Below, one piece after another: positions 1 to 10,482 of a DNA stretch of 64,000 bases (position 1 is its first letter; the number at the start of each line of letters is the position of its first letter). Made by a program: the position numbers and the translations under genes. The notes under the pieces are model-generated. The model made no database searches, had not been told where the DNA came from, and saw only the letters and a program-made list of their open reading frames with translations. The stretch comes from Corallochytrium limacisporum Hawaii (Eukaryota; Protista; Pluriformea): contig PDIP01000149.1 of assembly GCA_002811645.1 (NCBI GenBank), positions 1 through 64,000 of the forward strand, written 5' to 3'.

Positions 1-440
1 CAAAACACCCCCCCCCGGGGGGGGGGGGGAGAGGGACCTTTTCCTCTGCCTTCCGAATCGAAATCGCCCCGCAGGGGGAAGACAGAAAGATGTCCTTCAT
101 CGGGATCATGAACCCCTGTGCACACCTTCTCCGTGGCTCCGTCTTAGCAAATCATTGGGATAGCAGAAGGTGTTCCTACTAAAACACATCTCTTCCAGTT
201 AGACTCCAAATGCTCAGTCATGTTTGTGTAGTGAGTATAGAAAGTCTGGCCGACCGGAAGGTGCCATTAGTGCCACTACAGGGTGAAGGCGATCCTTTGG
301 GACTCGGTGATGTATGTGCTACTCGTATGGATGTATTATGACTAAATATGCCAGAAATGAATGAATGTTAATGCGGCATCAGATGTGTGTTCAACGCACC
401 GAGTGCCCGATGTTTGATTTTCGAATTGTTGCCCCTGCAA

Positions 441-1943
441 TTAGCTTTGAGCGCTCAAGGTGTACTCGTCAGGCATGGTGGACCGGGGAGTTATGGCAGA
501 CATGGAGGCGGACATGTTGTCCGTGTAGGCAGTGGCCTCCACATCGTCCTTTGCATTGTCGGTGGTGAAAGTATGGCTTGCCTTGCGACGCTTGTAGTAC
601 ACAGCACCAGCGACAATACCACTCACAACCACTACAGCGCCGACGACACTAACCGCAATGGCGATTGTTTCAGTGTTATCGCTGTCTCCTCCCGTGGAAG
701 TATCGGAATTCCCTCCATTGTCAGGTGAAGTCAAGGACACCTCAGTACCCACGGTCGAATCAAGAGCACCCGACTCATCCGCAGACTTCAAGGCGGCTTC
801 CACAGTGGTAGCTGCATAGAATCCCCCGGAGTTTGGATTAGCAACAGCGATGGTAACGGCAGAACCGCTATCAATGTCCTCGATTTCCAGCAATCGTACG
901 TCGGAGGGCTGAACCCCATTACCCATTGCGTCAGCAACGGCCTGCTTGAGGTTGTCCGCGTACATGGAGCTGAATTCAGTGGGACTGACAGTGACATACA
1001 CCTTCAAGGTCTGGGTGAGCGGTCCATCGCTTGTGGGGCTGACGTCGTCGGAAGTGGTTGTAGGGTTGGGGTCGGTGGAAGGATTGTCGGGCGTCGTAGA
1101 AAGCGGGGGGCGCGGGGTGAGAATATCTTCACAGCCAGCCTGATTATAGGCCTTCGTCAAATCAATCGCGTTCCCGGCCGCGTCCTGGCAAACCCCCAAA
1201 GTAGTTCTACCCACACCGTCCTGTACGGACTCTGGCGTATTTAGGAAACCTGTTGCAAAGCAGCAATCCATGGTTACCACACCGGCCGGCTGTGAGAATA
1301 TCACTGTGCTCAGATCGGGATTAGTGCCCTCGAACGCTAACTCATCGACTGACTCCAGATTGTTGTTAGAGAGGTCAAGGTATGTCAAAGAGGGCGTGTA
1401 GTTACCGAAAGTGAAATCCTCGATGTTGGTCAATTGGTTACCGTTCAATTCGATCGTGTTCAGGTTGTCGAGTCCGTTGAAAGCAGCGCTGCTGATGTCG
1501 GCGATCTCGTTGATCCAAAGCTCGAGGGTCTCCAGACTTGTCGCACCCAAGAAAACGTTATCGGGCAAACTTGTGATGCCGTTGTAGCCCAAGTTGATAC
1601 GCTTCAAGTTACTAGCATTGGTGAAGGAATCGGGGAAGATGGTTGTAATCCCACCGCGCCCGTTGTTCGTGCCAATCATTTTGAGTTCCCGCAGCAGAGG
1701 TGCCCGATTGATCATGGTACTGTCAATGAAATCGAACTGCACTCTTGGCAGTTCCAGGATAACAGTATCGGCCTCGATCTCTGGGAAGTACCTCAAGCCT
1801 TCAACGCACTTGGTAAGGACACCGCCCTCAACGCTCAGACATTGACAGGCTGAATCGTATGGGCAGGGACTTCCGTCGTCCTGGGCAGAGACGGTCGTGG
1901 CCAACAGGGCGACCAGCGTAGTTGTGAATACTCCAGCCCTCAT
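441..1943 (-). CDS. Type I membrane protein: signal peptide, LRRNT cap, extracellular leucine-rich repeats, S/T/P-rich stalk, SEA-like module, TM helix, short Tyr-containing tail (500 aa)
   Basis: First ATG at 1943 gives the signal peptide MRAGVFTTTLVALLATTVSA. Cap CPYDSACQC; repeats such as LKRINLGYNGITSLPDNVF and LTYLDLSNNNLESVDELAF; TM TIAIAVSVVGAVVVVSGIVAGAVYY followed by KRRK. Confidence 0.88.
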   Translation of the reverse strand: MRAGVFTTTLVALLATTVSAQDDGSPCPYDSACQCLSVEGGVLTKCVEGLRYFPEIEADTVILELPRVQFDFIDSTMINRAPLLRELKMIGTNNGRGGITTIFPDSFTNASNLKRINLGYNGITSLPDNVFLGATSLETLELWINEIADISSAAFNGLDNLNTIELNGNQLTNIEDFTFGNYTPSLTYLDLSNNNLESVDELAFEGTNPDLSTVIFSQPAGVVTMDCCFATGFLNTPESVQDGVGRTTLGVCQDAAGNAIDLTKAYNQAGCEDILTPRPPLSTTPDNPSTDPNPTTTSDDVSPTSDGPLTQTLKVYVTVSPTEFSSMYADNLKQAVADAMGNGVQPSDVRLLEIEDIDSGSAVTIAVANPNSGGFYAATTVEAALKSADESGALDSTVGTEVSLTSPDNGGNSDTSTGGDSDNTETIAIAVSVVGAVVVVSGIVAGAVYYKRRKASHTFTTDNAKDDVEATAYTDNMSASMSAITPRSTMPDEYTLSAQS

Positions 1944-4900
1944 CGTGAGTCTGTGTGGTGTCGTGTTGTGGTGAGATTCAAAATGAGAACCCGTTTCGTG
2001 TATTCCCGTTATGGATACTGTCCAAAAAGAGCCCAATTGCACTACAAACCAATTGCAGCTTGTCTTCTTCTACCTGATCACTCCAACGGACCTCACGACT
2101 TCCGTTTGAGAACCCTACAATCCTATCTGTCTTCTCCTGTACATGAACTGGTTATCCAAAGCGAAACAGCGCAACACCATCGCCATGTATGCGATGCGGA
2201 CAACCACCAAAGTTCTTCCTCGATAGCCTGTTCTTCCGGTGCCTAAACGATGGGAGAGCAACGGGCATATCACAGCGCACACTAGTCCTCGTATGCGCTT
2301 TCAGTGGACAGTCCGATCCTTCCCCCCTTATCCCCCTCTTCCCGGGTTCCCTGCCCTCCCAAAGCCCCCGCCCCACATCTCTGCCGGGTTCACTATCCTT
2401 TTCCCCCCGGCCCCTGGTCCTCTCCTTCCCTGCCTTTCGTGCCTGCTTTCTATAGTGACACAATGTTAACCAAATTTTGAATCAAGAATCCGTGACCGAA
2501 AGAGCTCCCCGGGAGAAGCAAAGAGGCGGGGTACAGAAGCCAAAAAGACATACATCGCCAGGACAGACGATTTCGGACCGGTTTCACCGGTTGACCCCTA
2601 TGTGGTGAGGATAGTTTCCAAAGATGCTTGTGATTAAGTACATAATATACTATGATTAGTCAGATTGTTTTGGCAAACTTCGGCTTCTTCGACTCTGGTG
2701 AATTGGAACGTATTACTGTGAGGATGTGCTCAGAAAAGGCAATGCCGGACATCAAAAGGAAGGCTGACATGGAACAGTTCGAGTGTAAGAAGGAGATGGG
2801 CACGGTCATATATTTAGTACTGATTCACTTTTTAGTGCGAGGCAGAGAAGGCAAGAATGTGGACTGATGACCCTTGGGCAGAGCGACGAAGATCCTGCCC
2901 ACGCCCACAACGACTGTGCAGTTTGGATAGGTATCCGCACGACAACTCATAATGATCTACTGAAGATGTATATGAATTAACCACTTCCTCAAAGTTAAAT
3001 TTGGAACTAGCTCGTCCCATTCAGAGCCCTACTTGGAATTTCTGGAAATGGCACCGGATCCGCTTGACACAACTGCGCAATTTTTTTGCACTCTTCCTCA
3101 AAATGTTCTTCGTCAGCGGAATTTCTATTTGTCCACAATTTCAATATCAAAAGTACGTGATTAAAGAAAGGCGGGGACGTCGGGCCAGCTCGATTAGCGA
3201 GGTGGGGTGTTTCGTAGGGAGCGGATGGCCCACGAGGCGAATTACTTTTCCTTAATGAGGCGGGAGGGGGAAGAGGCAAAGAACTTTGAAACCACCAAGG
3301 GAAAAGCACAGATTGGTGACTGGGGAAGGGGAGAGGAGGGCAGCGTAGTGTGTTTGGTGGAAAGGGTTCTTGGGAGGGGGGGGGGGGGGGGGACAGGGAA
3401 GTAGAGGGGTTAGGCAGAAGCGTGGCCCATTCATTAAGCACTTCTATTTGGCCCGTTTGGGACTTTTAAAGAGTGTCCTGCAATTATCGGTCGAAAACTT
3501 TTCGCCGAACTAGGGCACAGAGTTTCCAGGTGCTGCTCGGTCTTGATCACCTCTCGCATCGCTGATCCGAGCAATTGGTGCGAGGTACGCGAGGAATGCA
3601 GTTACCCGAGTACCAGATGACACAACATTCTTGAAGATGTACATGCCATCAACTGATGAATGTCGTGGGTATTAAGTGCCATCACCGAGCATCGTTCGCT
3701 GGAACACAACATGCGAGCTCTCTTGCGACACCGTATTCCGAACGGATCCTATGCTCATGCCGATCCATAAATATTGGGATGCTGCTGCGTATGGTCATCT
3801 CGAGCTCAGATGTGATACCCTGCACATATACTAGTATCTGATCATCATTTCGTCAATACAGCATCTGGTCTGGGTCACGGCCATCCGCGCGGAGCCCGTG
3901 TGCCGCCTCGTTCTGTCCTGCACCACATTCTGTTCCCCGTGGCGGTGGTTGACTCCGTCTCACGACACCTGGCTTGCCTGTCCGTTCGGTTTCCACGGTA
4001 TACAGTCCACATCAACTCATAATGTGCCAAAAATGAATCCTTTATTCCCTTTGTTCGCTACTGGCCCAACAACCCCCCTCACTCACTTTCCCCGGCTGTC
4101 ACGGCGTATAAAATCAGATGGTGGTCTCCGTTGTGATATCACTCGGGTTATTTTACTTGGGTGTTCCTTTTGACCAATTGGTACGGCACGATTGGCACAC
4201 CCCCTCCCCCACCACGACGGAATTTATAAGGTACGTTCAGTACTGGTTTGGGGGCGCAGCGCGGGAAAAATAGTGCAAGAAATGCAAAACTCTTCGCGCA
4301 TTCTTGTGAATGAATGGGGTCTGTGCGAGGCACTGGGCCCTAGTATCAACATCGCTTATCCCTAATACTTATATTTAGTATTCAATTAGGTAACCCTCTG
4401 ATATGCACGACCTATAGCTATCGTTTCCCACTTCCTTGGTGTTGGGCGTTGAGAATGAAGAATGCCTGCCGACCTCCATACCCGATTTGGTCATATAGAA
4501 GAAAGAAGGGTGACATGAAAATCAGTCTCTTTAGGATTACATTCAGACTATATTTCTAATGTTTCATGTATACTATATTTATTTGATTGTTGATTGTTTA
4601 TATTTTTTATGAAAGATTTGAAACCCATTCAACCCCAAACAAGCTTTGGGCGATCCGAAGACCGTTTGCGGTACCTTTAAAGAGCCAAAGGAGGACACCT
4701 TCCAGGTGCTAGTACACATGTTCCCTACTTTATATATGTAAGTGTGTAGGTGAGTTGCGAGGATGTACGTAATTAATTGCCGTCGCAAAGAAAAAAAGAA
4801 AAGGGAGAAAGGGGCAAAGAGAGGCAAATTGGGCAGCGCACACAGACATACCACGTCCAAACACCGCTCGCTTGGTATACCTGACCGCACACGCGCCCAC

Positions 4901-5658
4901 ACTTTTGCCGAAGAGAGCAAATTGCCAGAACTCTTTCATGCAACAGTCTCAACAGTAGAAAACGAAAGGGGGGGGGGGAAACGACCGGTTCTTCAACCCG
5001 TCGAAACCTGAGAGAGTAAAGAGCGGGGCCTTTCGACCAAGAGAAGGGTAGGTGGTCCCATTTCCGAAGATGCCCAGGCGACCAAAGCGGAAACGGAGGA
5101 GTCAAAGAAAGGCATCCCCCTATCCATCTAAGGCATACATTTTGTATTGATGATATGTACTTACCTAGTAATGGCGTTGCTGATGCAACTCTCGAAATGT
5201 ATGTGGTGGTAGCGGTAATGGGTAGCGAGTTTCTTACAATTCGGTGGTAGTTTTCGTTATTTTCTGCCGTAATTTCGCTATCCCGCCGAGTCTCCCGAGT
5301 GACACCGCGATCAACCCGGCCGGGAGAAAGGGGGGGGGAGAGAAGGGGAGAGAACACAGGCAGGATTTGGTGCGACAGTTCGACCAGGAAGACTTGGCTC
5401 ACAATTATTGCGAGTTTTTAGTGCAGAAAAAAAAGAAAAAAGAAAAATGAAGCAAAAAAAAGAAAAAGGGTGGTCTGCTGTCACCTTCTACCTACCGCCA
5501 TTAAAACAGACTCCGGATCCTTGGACACAAAAAAAAATAATGGGCTCAGAAGGCCCCCGCGCCGTATATTGCTACGCACAGTGTGTGATGTCCGACACAC
5601 GACCTTTTCAAAAAAAAAAAAAAAGAAATGGGTGTCCCTCCACCGGCACGAGAACCCC

Positions 5659-5660
<2 letters not shown>

Positions 5661-5738
<78 letters not shown>
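5661..5738. repeat. (TG)39 microsatellite
   Basis: 78 nt of uninterrupted TG dinucleotide. Confidence 0.97.
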
Positions 5739-5741
<3 letters not shown>

Positions 5742-6297
5742 CTTTGGTAGCCGATCGCCCAAACCACGCAAAACGTCCGCGGTGGTTCTTGCGTTTTTGT
5801 ATTTTTTTTTTCCCGTGGTGGGCGGGGAAAGCGTGTGTTCTCCGACGAACCCGAACACTCGAACGGGCCCGCAGAGCGCCCAAAAGAGCACCGTTGTGCG
5901 CCATATAAAGTCAAAGACCTGCGGAACGGAAAGTACGCTATTCCCTCAACACAACACAACCCCCAAACCCCCCTGCCCGCTGTCAATGGGGACCCCGGAG
6001 ACTGGGGGAGGGTCGGGAGTGCTTGCGTGAGTTGAGTGCAAAGCATCCAAAGTCTACGAGCACGGTGCTTCGAGAGGATGTGAGACACATCAACATGCAT
6101 CCTTCCCATCAGTGTGTATCGGCCCTAAATAAACTACATCGTTGCAACCAATACGCACACGCATCGTTGTCAGTACTACGTTGGTAATTGGTAGTGAAGC
6201 CGGTATGTGCGTACGGACGTGCGGAGGTGGTAGTGGTACAGGTATGGGTCTATTGTGTAGGTTGTGTGGAATAGCCACGTTCATCGCACTTAATTCC

Positions 6298-8952
6298 CTA
6301 CCCGAGCAATGATCGCACCGTGTCAAAGGAGAGATCGAAGGTCGCCTTAGACTTGTTGATTCGACGAGTGTCCTGTGAGATGACGATGCCGTGCTGCAGT
6401 AGGGACTTGGATTCGCGCCGTTTGCGTTCGCTGATTTCCTTAACTCGGTTCTCGATTGATTCGGCTACGAGCAGATGGTGGACTGTAACCCATTCGCGCT
6501 GGTTTCCCTGACGAAGCACACGAGCAATGGCCTGGTCCTCTACGGACGGGGTGAACCACGGATCTAGGAGGATGACTGTGTCACCGTTGTGCAGGTTGAT
6601 GCCTTCCCCTGCTGCTTTGTAATTGACCAAAATGACTTTGATGCACCCCTCTGAACTCTCATCTGAGTCTTCTTGCTGGTCATTGAACCATTTTATATGC
6701 CGCTGGCGGTCTGTGCCATTCGTGCTGCCGTCGATGCGACGGATTTGCACAAATTTGCGGTATCCGGACGCTTCTTTGACACACACGTCTGCCTTGTCCA
6801 GGCCGCCATTCCACTGGCTGAAGATGACGACCCTCGGGAGGCTACTACCCGTGGTCTGCTCTCTTTTTAGCACTGGGTCGGAGTCACCATTTTCAGGCAT
6901 TTCTCGCTTTCGAGACCACATGCCATTATTGCGGTCCGCTGGATACACGGTAAAGATGTTCCGGAGAACCTCAACCAATCGCTCCAGCTTGGAGGATGAG
7001 CCAGTGACAACGGGGCGCTTCGATGACAACGCTGAATCGCGGGCCTTGTCTGCAATCCAAGCCTTAAGCTTTGGGGGCAGGGCTCGCAGAACGTGCTCTT
7101 TGCGCAGGACGCGGCCAGAAAGGTTGCCATCTCCGTTATTTTCAAACATAGTCTCCTCGTCCTCTTCTGTGGTAAGAAGTAGATCGGCAGCCACGCAGAT
7201 GCGGCGCATCAGCAGTACACCACCGTGAACTGACACAAAGTCCAGGGTCTGGTTGCTTTCTTCGATGGAGAGTACATAGTCCTTGACAATATCACGAATC
7301 AGGTTGTAGACTGCTTCCTCTCTGGGGTCACACTGGCCAAGCTTGATGTGATGGTATTCATCGTGCCGCTTGGGGATGGTTTCTTTCAGCCATTGGTCAT
7401 TTGTCCGCCTCAGCAGCAGGCTGTTCATCCACATTTCTATGAGACCTGAATCCCGTGGGGACATGGCATTGCAGTTATACTTCGGCAGCTTGGACATGTC
7501 CTCATAATCCCTCCACTCCACCAGCGCATCATTACGTGTAAAAATGCGGTTCCACCGGGCCTTTACCCCAAAGCGTTCTTCGTAGAGCGCCTTATCACGC
7601 AAACCCAAGAAGTCTACCATCTGAGAGTATAGATCTCGGGGGGAATTGCGGTACGGTGATCCGCTTAGGATCCATTTGTGTTGGCCACGTAGAGACGCCA
7701 GCGCCTTCAATGTGCCCGAATTGTGATTTGCAATGTGGTGGCCCTCGTCGCACACCACACGGTGCCAGTGGATGTCTTGGAACTGCTTGACTTTGTTTCT
7801 GAGCGTATCGTAAGTTGTCAGGACCAGGAGTATTGATGAATCATATTCGGAACCTCCTTCCTTCCCCTCAGGGTCCTCGTCATCATGATCATCACCGGTG
7901 TCAGAAGGCAAAATCGACCAAGTGCCCGTTCCTGAAGATGCATGGGCAATGTGCATCTGCATTTTTCCGCCATCCTTCAGCAGAAAGACATCGTCAGTCT
8001 CAGAGGTCGACACATTCTTGTCGGCAAGGAACTTGTGCGCCTCAGCTCGCCACTGGTGCAGCACAGAAAGTTTGCAGACTATGAGATTCGCCCTAGTCCC
8101 GGAACACGACCGATGAGCCAGGATTAGCATTAGTGCCTGCAATGTCTTGCCGAGACCCATCTCGTCAGCCAGGATTCCACCACTGACTCCGAAGTACATC
8201 AGTTGTTCCCTCATCCACATCCATTCAATGCCATCTAATTGGTGCCGCTTCAGTCGGAACGGATCCTCAAGATACCTCCGTTCGAGGTTCTGCAGGCGCA
8301 GGTGGCTGAGCAGGTGGGACTCAACATCACCCACAAGCCCCTGCTCTTCGGGCAACAAGAACTGAGCTGGTCTTAACTCCTGCCAATGTTGCATCCACAG
8401 CTTGGACATGTAGTCCACGAAGCATACTCGAGTCAGACTGTTGTCCCAGGATGGATATAAAGCTGATCCAACACTCGTCTCGTTGTACGCACGACGCGCG
8501 AGAGTGCCGTGGCTGATATAGACGGTCTCATTGGGCGCACAGTTGAGGAGAGTTCCAGCGCTTTGCAGTTCCTTCGCAATCCGTTTTTCATCTGACTGGT
8601 ACCAATGGTTGAGTAAGGTTGCAAGTTGGAAATGGTCATAGTACATCTCATACTCAATCGTAGGCATACAAGGGACCCCAGGATTCTTGTTGTCCGCTGA
8701 CTTCACGTTGCTATCATGTTTCTGCGGAGCGGCACAGACGTGCACATCGATCACGACACTGCTCTTGCCATTTGTCGGACTAAATTCCAACCCTTTGTAA
8801 CGCTGAGGCGTGCATTCTACATTGATCTTTGTCCCGAAGCATAGCGAGGACAGGAGATCGCTGTCTACGACCAGCATTTCATGAATCCAAGTGATCGCCT
8901 GGTTAGCATTCTTCCCATTGCAGAAAGTACAGGACGACACACTGATCTTCAA
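6298..8952 (-). CDS. SNF2-family ATPase, Rad5/16-like (TTF2/Lodestar-like), no RING finger; true start uncertain (first in-frame ATG at 8877)
   Basis: Q motif LKRHQLDGIEWM, motif I GGILADEMGLGKT, Ia LIVCKLSVLHQW, II WHRVVCDEGH, III LSGSPYRN, IV VVIFSQW, V AAGEGINL, VI QAIARVLRQGN. Confidence 0.9.
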   Translation of the reverse strand: MKISVSSCTFCNGKNANQAITWIHEMLVVDSDLLSSLCFGTKINVECTPQRYKGLEFSPTNGKSSVVIDVHVCAAPQKHDSNVKSADNKNPGVPCMPTIEYEMYYDHFQLATLLNHWYQSDEKRIAKELQSAGTLLNCAPNETVYISHGTLARRAYNETSVGSALYPSWDNSLTRVCFVDYMSKLWMQHWQELRPAQFLLPEEQGLVGDVESHLLSHLRLQNLERRYLEDPFRLKRHQLDGIEWMWMREQLMYFGVSGGILADEMGLGKTLQALMLILAHRSCSGTRANLIVCKLSVLHQWRAEAHKFLADKNVSTSETDDVFLLKDGGKMQMHIAHASSGTGTWSILPSDTGDDHDDEDPEGKEGGSEYDSSILLVLTTYDTLRNKVKQFQDIHWHRVVCDEGHHIANHNSGTLKALASLRGQHKWILSGSPYRNSPRDLYSQMVDFLGLRDKALYEERFGVKARWNRIFTRNDALVEWRDYEDMSKLPKYNCNAMSPRDSGLIEMWMNSLLLRRTNDQWLKETIPKRHDEYHHIKLGQCDPREEAVYNLIRDIVKDYVLSIEESNQTLDFVSVHGGVLLMRRICVAADLLLTTEEDEETMFENNGDGNLSGRVLRKEHVLRALPPKLKAWIADKARDSALSSKRPVVTGSSSKLERLVEVLRNIFTVYPADRNNGMWSRKREMPENGDSDPVLKREQTTGSSLPRVVIFSQWNGGLDKADVCVKEASGYRKFVQIRRIDGSTNGTDRQRHIKWFNDQQEDSDESSEGCIKVILVNYKAAGEGINLHNGDTVILLDPWFTPSVEDQAIARVLRQGNQREWVTVHHLLVAESIENRVKEISERKRRESKSLLQHGIVISQDTRRINKSKATFDLSFDTVRSLLG

Positions 8953-8995
8953 ATTAACTCTCTAGTATTGCATGGTTGAGAGAACGGCGCGGGCA

Positions 8996-9535
8996 CTAGT
9001 TCATACAGAGGATTAAATAGTGGACAGCGTCAAAGACAGCCACTTGCGGAGTATCTCCTTGCGCTACATGAGACAAAGCCGGGCATTGGAATCGTGTGAT
9101 GGTATTCTCCCTGGCCTCTGGGATTGGCCACCGAAGTTGATCAATACAATCAATGGATTTACGAATCCATTGTCCGATGGAGTGTGCACACAGTATGAAC
9201 TGTTTTGTATTGATCAATCCAAACTGCATATCTACGCAGGAATTCTGCCCCAAACGTTGTACAAACACACACAACGAAATCAGCCCTACCTTTCGAATAT
9301 GTTCTTCTATAGTGAATGGCTCAAAGTTTCCGATGATTGTATTTTGATTCCCACACTCAGGTGGGTCCAAGCCCTGCATCTCTTCACACAATGGTGTCGA
9401 ATGACATAAGAGTGGAACCGCCACTCCCCGCCTGTGCATACAATGACAAATGTGTACGCTCCATTTTGCGGTGGTTACGCATCGCGGAGAGGCTGAACCC
9501 GAACCCGCAATAGTGCTGCCCTGCGCCATTTGCAT
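8996..9535 (-). CDS. Hypothetical 179-aa ORF, possibly the 5' part (exon 1 or frameshifted N-terminus) of the SNF2 gene
   Basis: ATG in an AT-rich aaaATG context; ends about 30 nt before the SNF2 frame opens, in a different frame; no recognisable domain. Confidence 0.3.
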   Translation of the reverse strand: MQMAQGSTIAGSGSASPRCVTTAKWSVHICHCMHRRGVAVPLLCHSTPLCEEMQGLDPPECGNQNTIIGNFEPFTIEEHIRKVGLISLCVFVQRLGQNSCVDMQFGLINTKQFILCAHSIGQWIRKSIDCIDQLRWPIPEARENTITRFQCPALSHVAQGDTPQVAVFDAVHYLILCMN

Positions 9536-9907
9536 TTTAATTTGTCAAACATTTTATTAACTTTAAAAATGTCCGTATATTTTATACACGTCCGCACCTG
9601 AAGCTTTCCACCGGCCGGTACATTCACTACCGAATGGCCGTCCCTGCGAAGTTTGCTCCAATGCAGAGACCCAGTGCCGGGCAAGAACTTCGATAATGAA
9701 TGTACTGAGTTTCCCACCGAGCTCCAGACCGATGCCCGACCATTCCGGACCGCGAGAGGAATCGCACGGAGAGAATTCGGGGGGGGGGGTGCCCAAGCCG
9801 CCCCTTCCCGTTTTCTCCAATCTTGCGAACACACCCAACCGGTAAACCCTTTGATTCCAAAGTAATCCATACATTTATTACGAATGGTGCCGGTTGTCCC
9901 AGCGATG

Positions 9908-10348
9908 GGGACGTGTGCAGCCGTGCACGGTCCAGAGCCAAGAGATCACGGTTTCTTCAAAATTTCACCGGCAGTAGCCTTTGTACCCACGCGCAATCGG
10001 TGGCTGAGCCCAGAGTTTGTGGGTGCTGACACAACTGACCCGGGCAACTGGGCGGCCGGGGAGGGCGGTGGTTTTGTGGGGCCTTGTGAGTCACTAACGG
10101 GCTCGTTCCGCAGAGTGGCTCCGTCTTTCGTTTTTCGACTGCAGACTGTGTGCAATGGACAATTGTATTGAAGCAGTGATGTTGTAATTTCTTCACCGCA
10201 CTGATAAGCAATCGTCGTGGTCATCACGGTTCACCATTGAGGAATCTGTAACTGCGGGTCACCTGCCCGTGGAGCCGAGGTGAGTTCACGGCAATGGGCC
10301 GGCTATTTGGGACGTGTGCACGGTGGACCAGTGATATTTTGTGCACCC
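9908..10348. promoter_or_regulatory. Repeated GGGACGTGTGCA / TGCRCNC motifs in the divergent SNF2-SLC25 spacer
   Basis: GGGACGTGTGCA at 9908-9919 and 10309-10320. TGCACAC on the minus strand at 9913, 10148 and 10314; TGCACCC on the plus strand at 10342. Confidence 0.3.
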
Positions 10349-10482
10349 TAACGAGTTCCAGTGTCTACAATGACCTTATAATTAAAGAATTTCGGTATGC
10401 ATATTTGAATGGTATGAGACTAGTTACAGCTTCGGGAACACTTGAGTGAAATTGAGTATAAGGTCAAGCGTGGAACAACTTA

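Noticed and set aside
2600-2960. Possible small spliced gene (branch-like TACTGAT plus TTTTTAG at about 2817-2835)
   Set aside because: No consensus donor in a compatible phase and no recognisable product.
5157-5300. TACTTACCT resembling the U1 snRNA 5' end (a perfect donor AGGTAAGTA on the minus strand)
   Set aside because: No U1-70K or U1A loop sequences and no Sm site; no coding exon could be linked to it.
5408-6109. ORFs with CVCVCV or HTHTHT repeats
   Set aside because: Translations of the (TG)39 microsatellite and A/T tracts.
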